Shown here piece after piece: positions 23,182 through 36,615 of a stretch of 64,000 bases of DNA. Position numbers and translations under genes: made by a program. The first letter of the stretch is position 1; each line of letters opens with the position of its first letter. Source of the stretch: Cercozoa sp. M6MM (lineage: Eukaryota > Protista > Endomyxa: Ascetosporea); assembly GCA_040357565.1 (NCBI GenBank), contig JBDODJ010000008.1. One strand, written 5' to 3'. The notes under the pieces are model-generated. The model worked only from the letters and a program-made list of their open reading frames with translations. It made no database searches and was not told where the DNA came from.

Positions 23182-24086
23182 ATGGCAAGTGAGTATTTAA
23201 GCAACGCCGGTGCGTTGTATAGTCAGTCGAATCCTCGCCTCGCGCGTCATTTCCTGTACCCAATTTTATGGTGGCGTTCTTTCGGTTCATTTCGTTTTGG
23301 TCGGGACACAGTTGGCGCGCACGCAGTGTGGCGCTCCAGCAGGGAAAAGCACAAGAAGTGCAAAACCTTCGACTCATTAGCTGCGACAGATGCGCACACC
23401 CGGTATTTGGTGACGACAGCGCCAAGATCCGGCTCCAAACAATCAAGAGTCGGAGGAGGTAACTCGTCTGACAGCTCTGCTTTTGCCGGTTTTGGAATGA
23501 ACTCTGCTGTGGTTTAGACGAAGACATTTGCACTTGCGGAGTGCTGTGTCTCACACATGTCGAAACTGTGGCTACACCACCCAAATGTGCTCTGTCTTTT
23601 ATAGCAACACTGTGGAGACGTTGAACGTTGGTTTTGTATTATAGTGGCGGTGTGGACACTGAGTTCCGAGACAGAAGGCGAGCACGTGCGGCCGAAAGTG
23701 TATAATTACGTTTGCACCCCAAAAGCAGACTTCTGTGATTAGTACCCTCATCAAATTGTTGCAGCAAAAAGATCGCATGCAGACTGCCCAAAAGCGACGC
23801 GAAACCTCACAGCGTGGAAAGAATATGAACGCTGCACACAAGTAAAGAACTCTCTTGCTGTAGCTTTATTAATGTCGCATGTTTTCTGCGGTTCAGAGCC
23901 TTGAAATCTCTCAAAGGCAAGAAAAAATTCAACTTGGGCGGCGCCAAAAAGCTCGGAGGTTTGGCTGGTAACAAAAGAGGTTCAACCGCCAAGAACAAGA
24001 AAACGCACAACAAGAACAAGGGCGGAGGCAACGCAAGCAAGAAAGGTGGCAGCCTGGGCGCGCTGTTCGACATCCTTAACGCATGA
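23182..24086 (+). CDS. Rpp21/Rpr2/Snm1-like (RNase P/MRP subunit-like) zinc-ribbon protein with a Lys-rich tail
   Basis: Spliced: MASEYLSNAGALYSQSNPRLARHFL|WRARSVA...SCDRCAHPVF...KIRL...TCRNCG...KKKFNLGG...GALFDILNA*. Two CxxC pairs follow an N-terminal helical hairpin, as in the Rpr2 family. Confidence 0.6.
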
Positions 24087-24250
24087 TCGGTCAGCCGCAT
24101 GTCGTTAGTTATGATCGCTTTCGATTGGCGGGTTAAATACTATCGTACGTTGCACGGTGTGCCGTGATGACTGTCGGGCTCGCGCAATCGCCTTACGTCC
24201 CGCTTGACAGACGAGCGTGTGCAGTCGGGGGGGGGGGGGGGGTAGACGGA

Positions 24251-25859
24251 CTATGGGACGGAGTGGCCGAGAGCGTCAGAGTCATGTTCGTGCTCACTGG
24301 CAGTGTCATCACTGGGATCCACGAGGAGATCAAGATCGAGGGCAGCGTCGTCGTCAAGAGGGACCTCTTGGTACTGCGCTCGCTCAGTGTGTTGCTGCGT
24401 GTCGCCGCTCCTCCTCCATTCTACGAGGATACACAGTGGAAAGAAGTAACAAGGTGTGCTAAGAGAGCAGCACCATCAACGAGCAGACAACACAGTAGCA
24501 CAGCAACGGCCAGTCCGCATCGCCAGACGGCGCTACGCCGCATCGCAGCGTCCTCGTACACGTAGGCACTCTAATACAAAAAGGCATCCACTGTTTTTCA
24601 CCACTGTAAAAGTAAGCATGAAAGAGGGAAGGATTACATGCAAAACGAGGTCAAAGTCGACGAGAACGGCATCATGCCGCGACAGCGAGCGATGCAGTGT
24701 GGTGAACACCACGCCCTGGGGAAGATGAGTGATAGAGAGGGAGTAAAGTGTGGTAGCTGGGTTAGCACTACCACAGCGAGTAGCAGGGGCGACATGCAGC
24801 TCAGAAACCAAGCACTTGAGACCATGCGATCATCCTCACTGGCCGAACAGTGCGAGAGCGCACGTGACAGGCCGACCAGCGACACTGCCAACAGAAGCAA
24901 GAAACCGCCCGACAAGACGCCTACCGTATTGCACCAATTGATTAAAACAAAAAACAAGTCGGAGAGCAGTCAGTCCATTTGTACCACGGTTCCACATGAC
25001 AAAGCTGACACCAAACGCGCAGGCTAGCGTGCTTAATGCTCGTTTTGACTTTTCCTGCGGGTGGTAAACATACAGTATCACGGGGAGGGGCATGGTGCCT
25101 ACCGTGATGCCGAGCATTGCGAGCACCTTGTGCAACAGCGCGACCACGCATAACAGCGCGCATGGCCACACCAGCATGAAGTAGAGCACCTGCGCAGATA
25201 CCAATAGCTTACCCACATTTGCTCTCCCCCACTTGCCCTTCCTTTACCCCTCCCCCATGTACCTCGTGCAGTAATGTATCGGCAGGTGAGTGCATCGGCG
25301 TCGCGAACACCTGTCGCTGCTGCTGTATGGGCAGTACAGCCGCCGTGCACACCAGCAGAATTGTTCCCTGGACCACCAGGAGCGCCGACAGCAACGGCGT
25401 CAGACCAACGCACAGACCGACCTGTACACAGCCTCTTTTACCGCTCCGATATCCAGTACCTAAGCGATGATACAGATGAGTAATACCCAGAAAGCGGCAC
25501 ATGTATGTCGGAAGCTCCGCACGTGCCAGACCACCGATAGCGCGAGACAAGAGGCACTTGCGCCCTTAATTATTCCAAATACGTCCATATCGACAACAAG
25601 GGCCCGGACAACAACACCATACCAACAGCAGCAGCAGCAATGAGAACAGTCCATTCAGTCGCGATTCGTGGCCCTTGTCTACAGAAAAGAAGAACGCTCA
25701 CAATGCCATAAGATTAACAAAATAACGGAACCGTGCGTCCGTACCATTGAAAACATGGCGAAACAGACTCACTCGATACTGGGGGCCGAGGTACAGAACA
25801 CCACATGCACATAAAATAGAGGCCAGTATGACTCGCTTCGCTCTGGCGAGTTCTAGCAT
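24251..25859 (-). CDS. Hypothetical multi-pass membrane protein with an acidic C-terminus
   Basis: Many hydrophobic exon segments (VILASILCACGVL, VLYFMLVWPCALLCVVALL, VGVLSGGFLLLLAVSLVGL); acidic end DDDAALDLDLLVDPSDD...HSVP-TAG(24251). Start codon uncertain. Confidence 0.5.
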
Positions 25860-26031
25860 GGCCCCCAGGTGTGTATGTGCGCTTGATCGGCTTAAGCGCT
25901 ACACAAGACACGCAAACTCTCAGCACATATTTTGCCCCAAAAAGTTTCATGTACCCTTAATTTTGAGCCACTGCTGTACATCAAGCCTTAGCGATCGCAG
26001 CATACAGTGCAGCGGTGTCCTGAGATTAGTT

Positions 26032-29000
26032 ATGCAGGTGGTGCGTGCCGTACGATTCGTGCGGTGTGCGCGCGCTTTGTTCGAGGGTGTCGGCGTAGCC
26101 ACTACACCGCAGCAGCTGGTACTTTACACTTCCTCGTCTCGAGCATTGTGGTTTATTGTGTTTTTTTTTTTTGCTTCCAGGTGTCACTGAAAGTGCGAAA
26201 ACATGCCTCTGCCGTACTAATGCCCACATTGCTCGGATAGTTTTGTTTTTATGTCAATATATAGACCAGGAGGCGAATGCACGATGGCGATTTTGAGGGC
26301 GCACTGCACGCCTTTCAGGAGTCCGGTATGCAAGTGACAAGTGTGCTGGTGTTTAATTCAGAGAGGAAAACAATGTCCAGGAACATTGGAGGACGCCACG
26401 CTGCTGCTGAGTTCGCTGGGTGAGCGACACATAGGTATCTTCCTTTCAGCGACACCACCAGAAGATGTCACTTTAGCTTTGTAGAGCACCGGAACCACCA
26501 CTTCCGTCAGTTGTGGGAACGTCTGGTGACACAACTTCAGACTCTCAGTGAGGAACGCACCCTTAACGAAGAGACAAGCCTAAACGAAGACGGAAGCCTT
26601 AACGAAGACAAAAGTACCTTGAAGGAAAACGCAAAACTGCTGGCGCAAGTGAAGCTGTGGCTGCAAGTCGCCGATGCTGTACTCTTCGCACTCCTCTTTG
26701 ACCCTAATAACATTGTTCCCTTAACCCTTACCTTCTCCCTTATCCCCATATACCTCAGGAGAAACTCGGTGCATGGGCGACCAAGTCGCTCTTTCAGTTT
26801 ATCGGATCACTGTAGACACTCTGTGTTTCCACTCTGTCCACGTGTACCGTACATTTGTGTGTACCCGGTATAGATGGACGAGTGAACAGCTACACGCACA
26901 GGTCCCATTGTCGGTACTGTGCGACCTGGCTTGCGTCACTGTGCGTCGCTCTGGTAGCGAGCCTGACTGACTGTGACCATTGTGGTCACCCTCCGTTACT
27001 CTGATCGCTTGCCCACAGGAATCCAAGGCCTGACTGAGGCACTGGCGCACGTGCGCGATCCGAGCAACCGTCGGCACGTGCCGTCTGTGCTGTCGCAACA
27101 GGAGTACCTGCGACGACAGGAGGCGGCGGCCTCGCTGTGCGCGTACCTGCTGGTAGGCTGCACGGCACTGCACCGGCGTGCCGGTGGCGCCATCGCCGCT
27201 ATGCCCGAGTACACCCCTTTTGCCCTACCTTTACCCTCCCCTTCCCCTACCTTTACCCTCCCCTTTCCCTACCTTTACCCTCCCCTTCCCCTACCTTTAC
27301 CCTCCCCTTCCCCTCCTTTACCCCCTCGACAGATGGATCAGCGTGCGCGCGCTGCTGCGCCAGGTCTACCTGACCTACGTGGATCCCAGCAGCAGCGACG
27401 CCGCTCACGGTGCTGAAGCCGGTGATGATGACGGTGTGACCAATGACGGTTTCACCAATGTGACCAATGACGATATCAACGGCGGTATCAATGACGGTAT
27501 CGGTGAAGGTACCGGTGACGGTGTCGTTGTGGTCAACTGGCCCGTTATGCGGCGGGGCGCCATGAATGACTTTGTAGGTTCTACCCCTACCCATTTACCC
27601 CCCCCCCCCTTAACCCCTCATTTATCCTCCATACTTTTCTATCTCCTAGATTGATCGGGTGCTGCGAGAGATCGCGACGCGTCCGGTGCGCAATCTTGCT
27701 CAACGGTACTGTCTGAACAGTGTGTCCATGTCATGTTCCTCGTCCATGTGGACACATGTGTCCATGTGTATGTGTGCAGCCTCGCGGACATGCCGATCAA
27801 GCAAGAGGATTTGGACCGACTCATGCAAGTGCTGTCGACCGAGCCGGAGCAAGCTTTGTCGCTCGAGGACCTGACTCGAGAAGGTCGGGACACGCGACCC
27901 TTGGACGCCAAGGTGTGCGCCTGGCGCGCCGTGCTGCTGCAGTCGGACTTGCACCTCGGCTCGGTGCGCTACCTGCATGCGGTACTTCCCTCCCATCCCG
28001 TCCATGTTACTTTTTACTCCCTTGTTGCCTTACTCGCTTTACCCCCCCCCCCCCCGACAGATACCACCGATGCACGACATCGTTATCGGCCAGTTGCGCA
28101 GTGAGGCTGGGTAGCTATTTACCCCCCCCCCCCCCGGTTACCCTGCTTATGCTGTGTTTACTCCAGTGCGGCGACGCAAGAGCGAACGGAACTGATGCGC
28201 TCGCTGAACAACTTGGGCGACGCCGATGGACCCGATGTGCGGCGAGACCTCATGCTGCGTGTACTCTTGCTTTCCCCTTTTACCCCTACCCCCTTCACCT
28301 CTACCCTTCTTACCCCTCCCTCTGCAGCTGGAGGAACTGCAGCAAACACATCCGAACGAGTCGTTGCAGTGGCGACGCGACGCTGTCCTCAGCGACCCGT
28401 GTTTTGTGTATCTCTTGTTTTTGCCTCATCTTCCACTGTATACCCAGCTTTACCCCCCCCCCCCGTAGTGACAACGGCAAAGTTATTGTTTCTATCGCAA
28501 GTGCCGACAATGTGGTAGTTTACCCTCCCCCTCCTAGATTCCATATCCTCTCCATTAACATCAATGACTGTGCAGAGACTAAACCGGTCGTACCAGAAGT
28601 ACATGGACCCCAAAGAGCGACGACGTGCGATCGATCCCGTACGCTTTAAAAACTGTTGGCTACAATGTAGTGGCTACGATGTGGGGGCGAACGGACCGTT
28701 CATGTGTGCAGGACGTGGTGCTGTCCACGGGGACGCCGAGCGTGCGCACGGTCAAGACGCTGCTGCAGCTGAACATGGCGTCGATGCCTTCGCACTTCTG
28801 GCGACACGCCTTGCAGCACAGCTGCGACGTGCATGTCGACTGCGATGTAGGCACTGTCTTGAGTCCTTCCCCTTTTACCCCCTGTCACGCACTTTACCTC
28901 CACCTGCAGATGCGCGCTCTGATGCGAGTACGAGGGGTGTGGGACCAAGCTGCTGTTGAATGCACCGAGAGCGGTCTGCTGCACCCGCTGGCACTGTCGG

Positions 29001-30188
29001 TAGTCTCGCGTTTGACACCCCTTTGTCACTCCTTTAACATCTCGTTGCCGCCCCTTTAACAACCCCTTTAGCACCCTTTAACACCCCTTTACCCCCTCCC
29101 GGTAGGGCAAGTCACTGCCGCCGACCTTGCTGTGCGTGGCGCTGCACGACGCTCGTCTGTGGCAGCAACTGCTTCACACGCTGTCGCAGATGTGCATTGA
29201 CACCCACGGTACCCTCAGTTTAACCCACAGCTTCCTTACTGCCACTTTAACTCCCACTTGACTACACTTTTACCCCCTTAACAAACAAAGCTGTTTCCTC
29301 ATTTGATACTTCGTTGATCCTTGGGCACAGACCGAGACCACAAGTGGCGCAGTGCGCAGACGCGTCGCTTGCTGACTGAGGCATGCGCGCTGCGCTCGCG
29401 AGTTCTGCCGCCGCTGCTCGAGCAGATCGGTGCTTTGGCTGGCCACATGCAGAGCGACCTGGGCGCCTCGCTGCTGGAGCGGCCGAACTGGACGCAGGAC
29501 GACACGCGCACACTGGCTGCGCTACTGGACCGCACACGGTGCTGGAACCTCGCCCTGCCGCTGCTGGAGATCGCCTCAACTCTCTTCGACATGAGGTAGT
29601 CAACCCTGTCAACCCTCCCTCCTCGCGTATACTTGTGATCCCATTATTGGTACAGGTTGTGCCGAGTCACCAATCCCTCTCGTTTCGCCGACTCCGCTGT
29701 GCCCGTTGACTCTGCTTGGTAGGATCAATGTGTTCCTCGCTGCCAGTTTGTGGATTTAAAGGAGTGTTACAGTTGGCTGCGCACGCTGCTGGAGATGGTG
29801 GAAATGTCGCATCAGTCGGCTAATGCGTACTGTGTCTTAGCTCAGCGCTTATCATTTTTTCATGCTGTTTAACAGCTGTCTTCGTGAAGCGTCTCACATT
29901 CCACGAGAGTTACTTTCACGGTACCTCCCTTCCTCATCTTTCCTGGGACTGTTCAATAACAGCGCAACCTTCTTGTGTTTAGAAAAAACGAGATGACACA
30001 GCACATGAAATCAGCTCTGCGTTCGCTTGCCGACTGGCAGGTACACTAATTTCGTCTTTTGGGTTTACTGGTCTTTCTTCGTCATGTCTCCCGACTCTGA
30101 TGTCCAGAGGAGGTACCCAGGACAGGCGCCAACGATATCGACGCTGACGCTGATCAACGAGAATGCCGAGTTACTAGCGAAGCGATAA
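26032..30188 (+). CDS. Large hypothetical alpha-helical protein (many exons)
   Basis: Continuous series of Leu/Ala-rich exons bounded by GT-AG, from MQVVRAVRFVRCARALF to LINENAELLAKR-TAA(30188). No family confidently recognised. Confidence 0.55.
27222..27325 (+). repeat. Intronic pyrimidine minisatellite, ~22-nt unit CCTACCTTTACCCTCCCCTTCC, about 4.5 copies
   Basis: Direct reading. Confidence 0.85.
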
Positions 30189-30411
30189 GCTTCCGTAGAT
30201 TTGCTTGTTATGCCACAACAGGGTTTGAACAAACAAAACTTAGTACCGAATGCGTGACCTGCCGTGCAACCAAGCGAAACATGAATGTTAAATTGTATTT
30301 TTTTCTGGACGAAATTTTAAAACAAACTCTCGAGCCTCAACGGCGAATTCAGTGTGCGTCTGCGGCGTCTGCTGCTCCAAAAAGTCTATCAATAGCTCTA
30401 CAGCGCCCGGA

Positions 30412-31496
30412 ATGTAGGTTGCGATCAGCAATCGCGATAGGAAAATCATGACCATGTGCTTTTTCGTAGGTTCTTGACGAATCTGTCGGCGGACACGCAG
30501 CGTCCGTCGCTGTTCGAGCTAGTATCGCAGTTGTTTCGTGTTTTAGTTTGATTATGCCCCGTGTCTGTGTGTGAATCAAAGGTGGCGCAAGAGCAGCTGA
30601 TGGCGGCGCTGCATCCGGCCTTTGTCTACATCGTGTCGGTATGTGAATGCGCTGTGTTCTGAGTGGTTTGAGTGATCTGACACGTGACCCCTGAGAACAG
30701 AAACTGGCACGTGGCAACCCACGTCTCAGCATGCTGCGCGATCGCGCTGACGCGGCGTTTTTCTTGGTGCTGCTGTTGTTGGAACGTGCGCACCTGCACA
30801 CATATGGTACCTCCCGAGAACACTCGATATTACCCGTTGCTACTTCTTTGCCTTGTGGTTTTGCTTTTCCGTACCCTCTCTCTTTCTCTCTCTCTCAGAT
30901 GGCAGTTTCGGAGAGAACTTTTACGGTTTGAAACGAGTCGTTACGACTGGTCGAAATCGCAGATTACGGAGACGGTTTGTACTTGTTTCAGGCGCTTCTG
31001 TTAGCATGCCCAAATGGATTTTGTTGTCCATAGGGATAGACGACTGGCACTGATGGACTTGATATTGCTACCATACCTGCGCACGAAGTTGGAGAAGTGG
31101 TACCAGAGCCTGCGCGATACGGTTGATGTCGAGGCGAGCAGTGTCTCCGAGGTATACCGTTGCACCGTACTCCCACTGCCGGCTGTTGATGCCCAGTGTT
31201 GTATACCAATATATAGTGTATATATATATACCTATACTGATACCGCTGAGTACAACTGACTGGACAGGAACTGGCGCGAGTGGACGCCGAGCTGGCGCAT
31301 CTGGTGTCGCTGGCCACGCAGCACGACGAGGAGACTGTTCGGGTGGCTTTTGCTCGCTGTGCCGTATCCTGTTTGCTTTGTTCGACCCTCCTGACTTCCT
31401 CCAGCAGACACTGAAAGTGCGACAACGCACGTTGAAACTGCAGCGATTGATTAACAAATGTCTGCGACTGTATGTGAAGGTATCCGACTAGGTTTA

Positions 31497-31560
<64 letters not shown>

Positions 31561-32704
31561 CACACGCACACACACACACGCACACACACACACACACACC
31601 ACTCTAACTGTCCTTTGTTGTAATCACAGGTGTACCCGGTGTTGCACCTGTCATGGCACCTCACCAAGTTCCTCTTCTACGTCGCTTACTTGTTCGATCG
31701 CAGCGAGACATTCTCACTCACGCTTATGGTAGTTGTCTTGCCCTCCCTCTGTATCCTTGTTAAAATGCTCTTTACACCCCCCGCTCTTGTGCAGTTGATT
31801 GGGCAGAAGCAACAGCGACTCTCTGTGGCTGATCAAGTACGCGCCATGTTTCTCCTGTTACCGCCCTTGCCATTCCATTGATACCTTACTCCCCCCCTCC
31901 ACATCTTGGCAGCAAGAGAACCAAAGACGTCAGTTCGCGCGTCGCTCGCGATCGCTCGTGGCCGGTTTTAGACGCAGCGGTACTCTCTGTTACCTCGTTG
32001 TTATTCCTTTACCCCCTTACTTCAATCCTGTGTAGGTGTGCTAGGTCGCTCACGCGAGGTCTTCTCGCGCATCAATGTTCTACTTGCCTCGTACGCCAAA
32101 CGAATCATCTTGGTAGTCTGGTGCTTTGATTGAAAATGTTGGGTATGTATTAAACATTTGGGTTCCTGCAGGCCTTTGTGTACGGCTTCAAGTTCCTAGA
32201 GTGGTTCTACTCGAGTGAGAATGTAAGTGACCTTCCTGACAGATACAGATATTGTCCCCACGAGTCATGCGTGTGTCCACAGGAACTGCGGCCCAACAAG
32301 AAACTGCCGGTGCCACCGCCGCCTGGCAGGTACCCCTCCCCTGTTTCGGCCGTCAGAGTGAGTAAATGTACCTCCTGTACACACAGAGCGCATGCTGCCA
32401 AGGAAGGCGTTCCTCTCCCAACTGACCGATCACTGGTACTTGTGTATCTATGTGAGAGAACTAAGGCGGGTCAAAATGATCGTATCACGCAGTGCCCACT
32501 GTGCCGACGTCGCCGAACGGCCGCTGCGGCGATCGAGTCCGGCGTCGTCTACTGCTATTCCTGCATCGTACCCTGTCCCCCTATCTTCCTGCCCCTACCT
32601 TTGTATCTTTACGCTTGTACGCACAGGCCCCTGTGCTCAAACGAACGGGACACTGTCCAGTGACGCTGCTACCCTGCACCCACGTGGTGCGACTCTTTGA
32701 CTAA
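30412..32704 (+). CDS. PEX12: Peroxin-12 (Pex2/Pex12 domain + degenerate RING)
   Basis: RPSLFEL, GSFGENFYGLKR, LILLPYLRTKLEKWY, FKFLEWFYS, LPVPPPP, CPLCRRRRT...SGVVYCYSCI...GHCPVT...VRLFD*. The start codon is formed across an intron (AT|G). Confidence 0.92.
31502..31599 (+). repeat. (CA)n intronic microsatellite in PEX12
   Basis: Direct reading. Confidence 0.9.
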
Positions 32705-33498
32705 TCAATCGAGTCACGGTCGATTCTCGCTCTCACTCTCAGCCGCAGCAGCAGTCTTCAGATCTTTGTTCCAGCATGATCTACAGTATCCGCGCGGAAG
32801 CCATACGATACAAAAACCTCGACTTTACTGGCACCTCTAAAGGGACTTTGCTGGGAAAGTAAGGGATTTTGCTGGCTTTTGTCAAGGGAAATTCCCTTTG
32901 TGTTTTTACGTCGAAAACGAAGGGGCTCAACCACAAGTGCCAAAAATGCACTTTGTCAAAAGAGGTGTAGAGATTTTGACCGATTTTGACGTGTGTTCAC
33001 TGAGTAGAGAAGCCTTGAGCTGCAGCCGTCTACTCGCAAAGACCTTCCTCGATGACATGCACAGATTACCTGTAGTTAGCGCGAGCCATAGAATCCGTTT
33101 GAGTGTAAACTTAAGTATCGGATGCCGCCACCCTTAAGCACGCGACGTCGCCAGGCTTCACGCTTTGCGACGCGAGCGTGCTTTGTTAGGCAGGGGTGCG
33201 CAGTGTTTATTAATTCGAGTTACTCGACAAATCTCGAATTACTTAACAAATTACTCGAGTTGCTCGACAAAATACAACACAGCCTGGCCTTAGTCGCAGC
33301 GCCGGGGAACTACATACGCTAGCTGGTCTCATATAAGACTCAGCTAACTAACTAAGTAACTTGCAGTAGACGAGGCGTCGTGCAGCGGGAGGCAAGAGAC
33401 GGTGGGTAGATGAGCAGAGAGTATTGACGTGGGTTTTGTGCATATGCATGTGTGTGTGTGTGTGTGTACACGTGTGTGTGTGTGTCAGTGTGCCAGAG

Positions 33499-34119
33499 CT
33501 AGCGCAGCGCTGAGCCGTCCTGGTAGGTGAAGCCGTCGATATCGCCGGCAGCGATGGGCGCGTCAACCACGACCGAGTCAACAGGCACCTCGTCCGTGAA
33601 CTGCGTGTCAAAGTTGCTGACGTCGTCCTTGCTCTGTCAATACGGGTAAACATGGGTAATGGAAGGGGCAAAAACACATACCGTGACGACCGGCTTGTAC
33701 ACTGGCTCGATAGTCTTGGCCATCATTTCGTCCCTGTCGTGTGTTCGGGTAGGTAAAGTGAACGGGTCAAGCGCAACTCCAGAATGCGTACCAATCGATA
33801 CAGTCGAAGAAGGGATGCGCCTTGATCTCCTCGATGTCCTGAACACCAGTTTCATCAGGAGGTCGAGGGGGGGGGGGGTGAAATAGCACACACAGTACCG
33901 CAGCCGAGCTGCCAAGACGTGCGTCCGGATCACGGTTCAGCAGTTTGATGATCAAGTCCTGCCAATACAACCACAAGTAACGGGGGGGGGGGGGGTATGA
34001 GGGTATGGGGTAAGAAGGTGGTAACCTTGCACTCGTCCGACAGCGTTGGCGGGAAGCGCAGCACGCCGTGTTGAATACGTCGATACATCTGTCAAAACCA
34101 AGAGGTAGGGGGGGGGGGG
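33499..34119 (-). CDS. AGC-family Ser/Thr kinase (Akt/S6K/SGK-like), 3' part only; 5' part lost in the assembly gap
   Basis: MYRRIQHGVLRFPPTLSDECK|DLIIKLLNRDPDARLGSS..DIEEIKAHPFFDCIDW|DEMMAKTIEPVYKPVV|SKDDVSNFDTQFTDEVPVDS..DIDGFTY (NFD, turn and hydrophobic motifs). Confidence 0.9.
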
Positions 34120-34219
34120 NNNNNNNNNNNNNNNNNNNNNNNNNNNNNNNNNNNNNNNNNNNNNNNNNNNNNNNNNNNNNNNNNNNNNNNNNNNNNNNNN
34201 NNNNNNNNNNNNNNNNNNN

Positions 34220-35606
34220 CCCCCCCCCCGTGCACACAGGTACCTGTACGAGGGCATGCCAGCTGTGTGCACGCACTTGTTGCCGCTCTTTGTGTACGGC
34301 TACGCAACGCGAGAACAACGACACGCGCGCACCTGGCATATGCTTGTGCTCATGGTACTTTCTTTGGACTCTTCTGTGTCCGCGCGGAAGCACTCTCATG
34401 GGTTTTGATAGGTGGCACTGCCATTGGCACTCCTCACAAGCAATGCACACAAGGAGTACCGTTTCGCCTTGCCGTGTCTGCCGCCTGTTCTGGTTGCTGG
34501 TCAGTTGTCTTTATGTGGTAACACCAGATTAGAAAACAAAGAACTCTTGCTTTTGCAGGTGGCAAGGCGCTTCAGCAACTGCGTCAAAATCGACCGAAAT
34601 TCACGAGAATCTTTGTTTTTCTGGGTGCCGATGTTTTCTTCCCTTTTGTGCCAAACTGTTGAAATCCACTCAATGCAGGAACGGCGTTGAATCTCGTTCT
34701 GATCGTGTTTTTCAGCTTCTTTTATCAAACGGTAGTTTCACTTTGTTAACGGGGCTACTGGGGATTTGCTAAGTGTGCAGGCCCCGGTGTCGTTGATGAA
34801 CGAACTGCACACGCACCTGCCCGACGACGTTTCTTCTCATGTACCTTCACAGATGACTCTTTTATCCAGAAGTTAAAAAGTGTGCCACAGGTTGTGTTTC
34901 TCACTGAGTGTCATGCCACGCCGTTTCATTCTTTCGTACCTTGAGTTACCTGCTGCCTAGACTTGTGCTGACCGAACAAGCGTGTTGTACACAGGTACAC
35001 CGCCAAAAGCACCAGTCGGAAGTGATTCTAACACAGTTGGACTGTGCTCCCTTTCGACCGTCACCGGGGGCTCGTTTCACGCGGGTACCATGGTTTGTAT
35101 GGGCCATGTCGGGAGAAAGCAGTAAAGATGCTAACTTGTGTTAGAACGCAACCGAAAGTGCGCGGTTCCTGGAAAATCCGTCGTTGTTTTCGGCCTCCTT
35201 CCTCGATCAGTTGGGTGCTTTCCTCTGTACATCACTGTATTAATGAATTGACGTTTGTGTATTGACAGACAAGGAGAAAAGGACTGCCGACTTTGTCGTG
35301 ATTTTCGAATCGCACTTTGTTGAGGTACGCGACGCACTGACGCAGAGAGGTCACTTCCTTACTTTCGAATAAAATGTATGGCACGAATCAGCCGGTTAGT
35401 TGTGTAGGATACACGCGGCTGCTGTCGCGACATCGACACACGCCGGGCGCGAGCGACCTCTTATTGCTGGGCCGTTGACGTTAACTCGTTTTGCGGATGG
35501 TACCGGCGCAGGCAAACTGCCGCCTGAGTCGGTCAGTCGTTTCCCGTGGTTCCTCACGCCCATCAGCTCGAGTGACGCGAGTTTAGTAAAGTCGCACGTG
35601 CACTAA
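34220..35606 (+). CDS. PIGB: GPI mannosyltransferase III (PIG-B/Gpi10, GT22 family), 3' part only
   Basis: HKEYRFALPCLP, VVFLTECHATPFHSFVH and LTQLDCAP motifs, with hydrophobic segments. The 5' part is missing at gap 34120-34219. Confidence 0.8.
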
Positions 35607-36156
35607 CGTACAGTAACGGAACAACGGCAGTTACCTCGGCTTGTTACAGCATGAACTACTGTATCCGCGCGGAAGCATTCCGTCCAGTACCAATGTACAA
35701 ACGAAAACCGAAACTAAAACTAGCTTTGGCAGTCGCTATTGTTACGGCATAGCGTTTCTCAACCAGTCAAGTTGTCACCTGACTACTCGCCAGCGCGGAC
35801 GATCAAATCTGAACCAGTATGGTTATTCGTGAAGGATTTGTTTTGCTAGACCTGACTTCCTAGCTTGGGTCAAGCTTTCTACAGCTCACGCACTTTGACT
35901 GCAGTGCTTGGGCTGTTTTCTTTTAATTGCCATCAACAAGCCTTCGAGCTTTCGACGACCTTTTCTACACGACAAGGGTGTGTCTACTAATCATCCGCAT
36001 CGACGCCATTCTAACTGACGTGTTACTTCCTTTATTTAGTCGTCTTCAATACCTTAGTTACTGGTTTCCATACCGTAACACAATCGAATACGCGCACGAC
36101 ATAGAGAAACCGTTACTAGTCGACGCGAGACGCCCGAATCGATGCGATTTGGCCGG

Positions 36157-36570
36157 TTAACCCATCGCTTCGCGCACGTCCTGAATCAGCCGTTGCTGAT
36201 CCAAATGCTTGGACACTCTCTGATGGTGCTGCGTCGATCCGGAAAGTGTCTCTGCCATCTCCGACACGGCGCTGCACAAGACAACTCGGGTGTCTTGGGA
36301 CCTATTGTACCCCTGTCCTCAAGAAAAGTGTCACCTCTGACGCACGTCGTCATCGACGTGCGCAACGAAAATGCGTTCGCACTCACGTTTCAACTCGTTC
36401 ACTGTCGAGCACGCCTGCAATTAAACAAAGGGCGATACCCCATGTGCACCAAGATCTTCACACACAGACACACAGACACACAGACACACAGACACACAGA
36501 CACACACAGACACACAGACACACACAGACACACAGACACACACAGACACACAGACACACACAGACACACA

Positions 36571-36615
<45 letters not shown>

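Noticed and set aside
26032-30188. Faint resemblance to Integrator subunit 10 at the termini
   Set aside because: Similarity by eye is too weak; it needs a profile search
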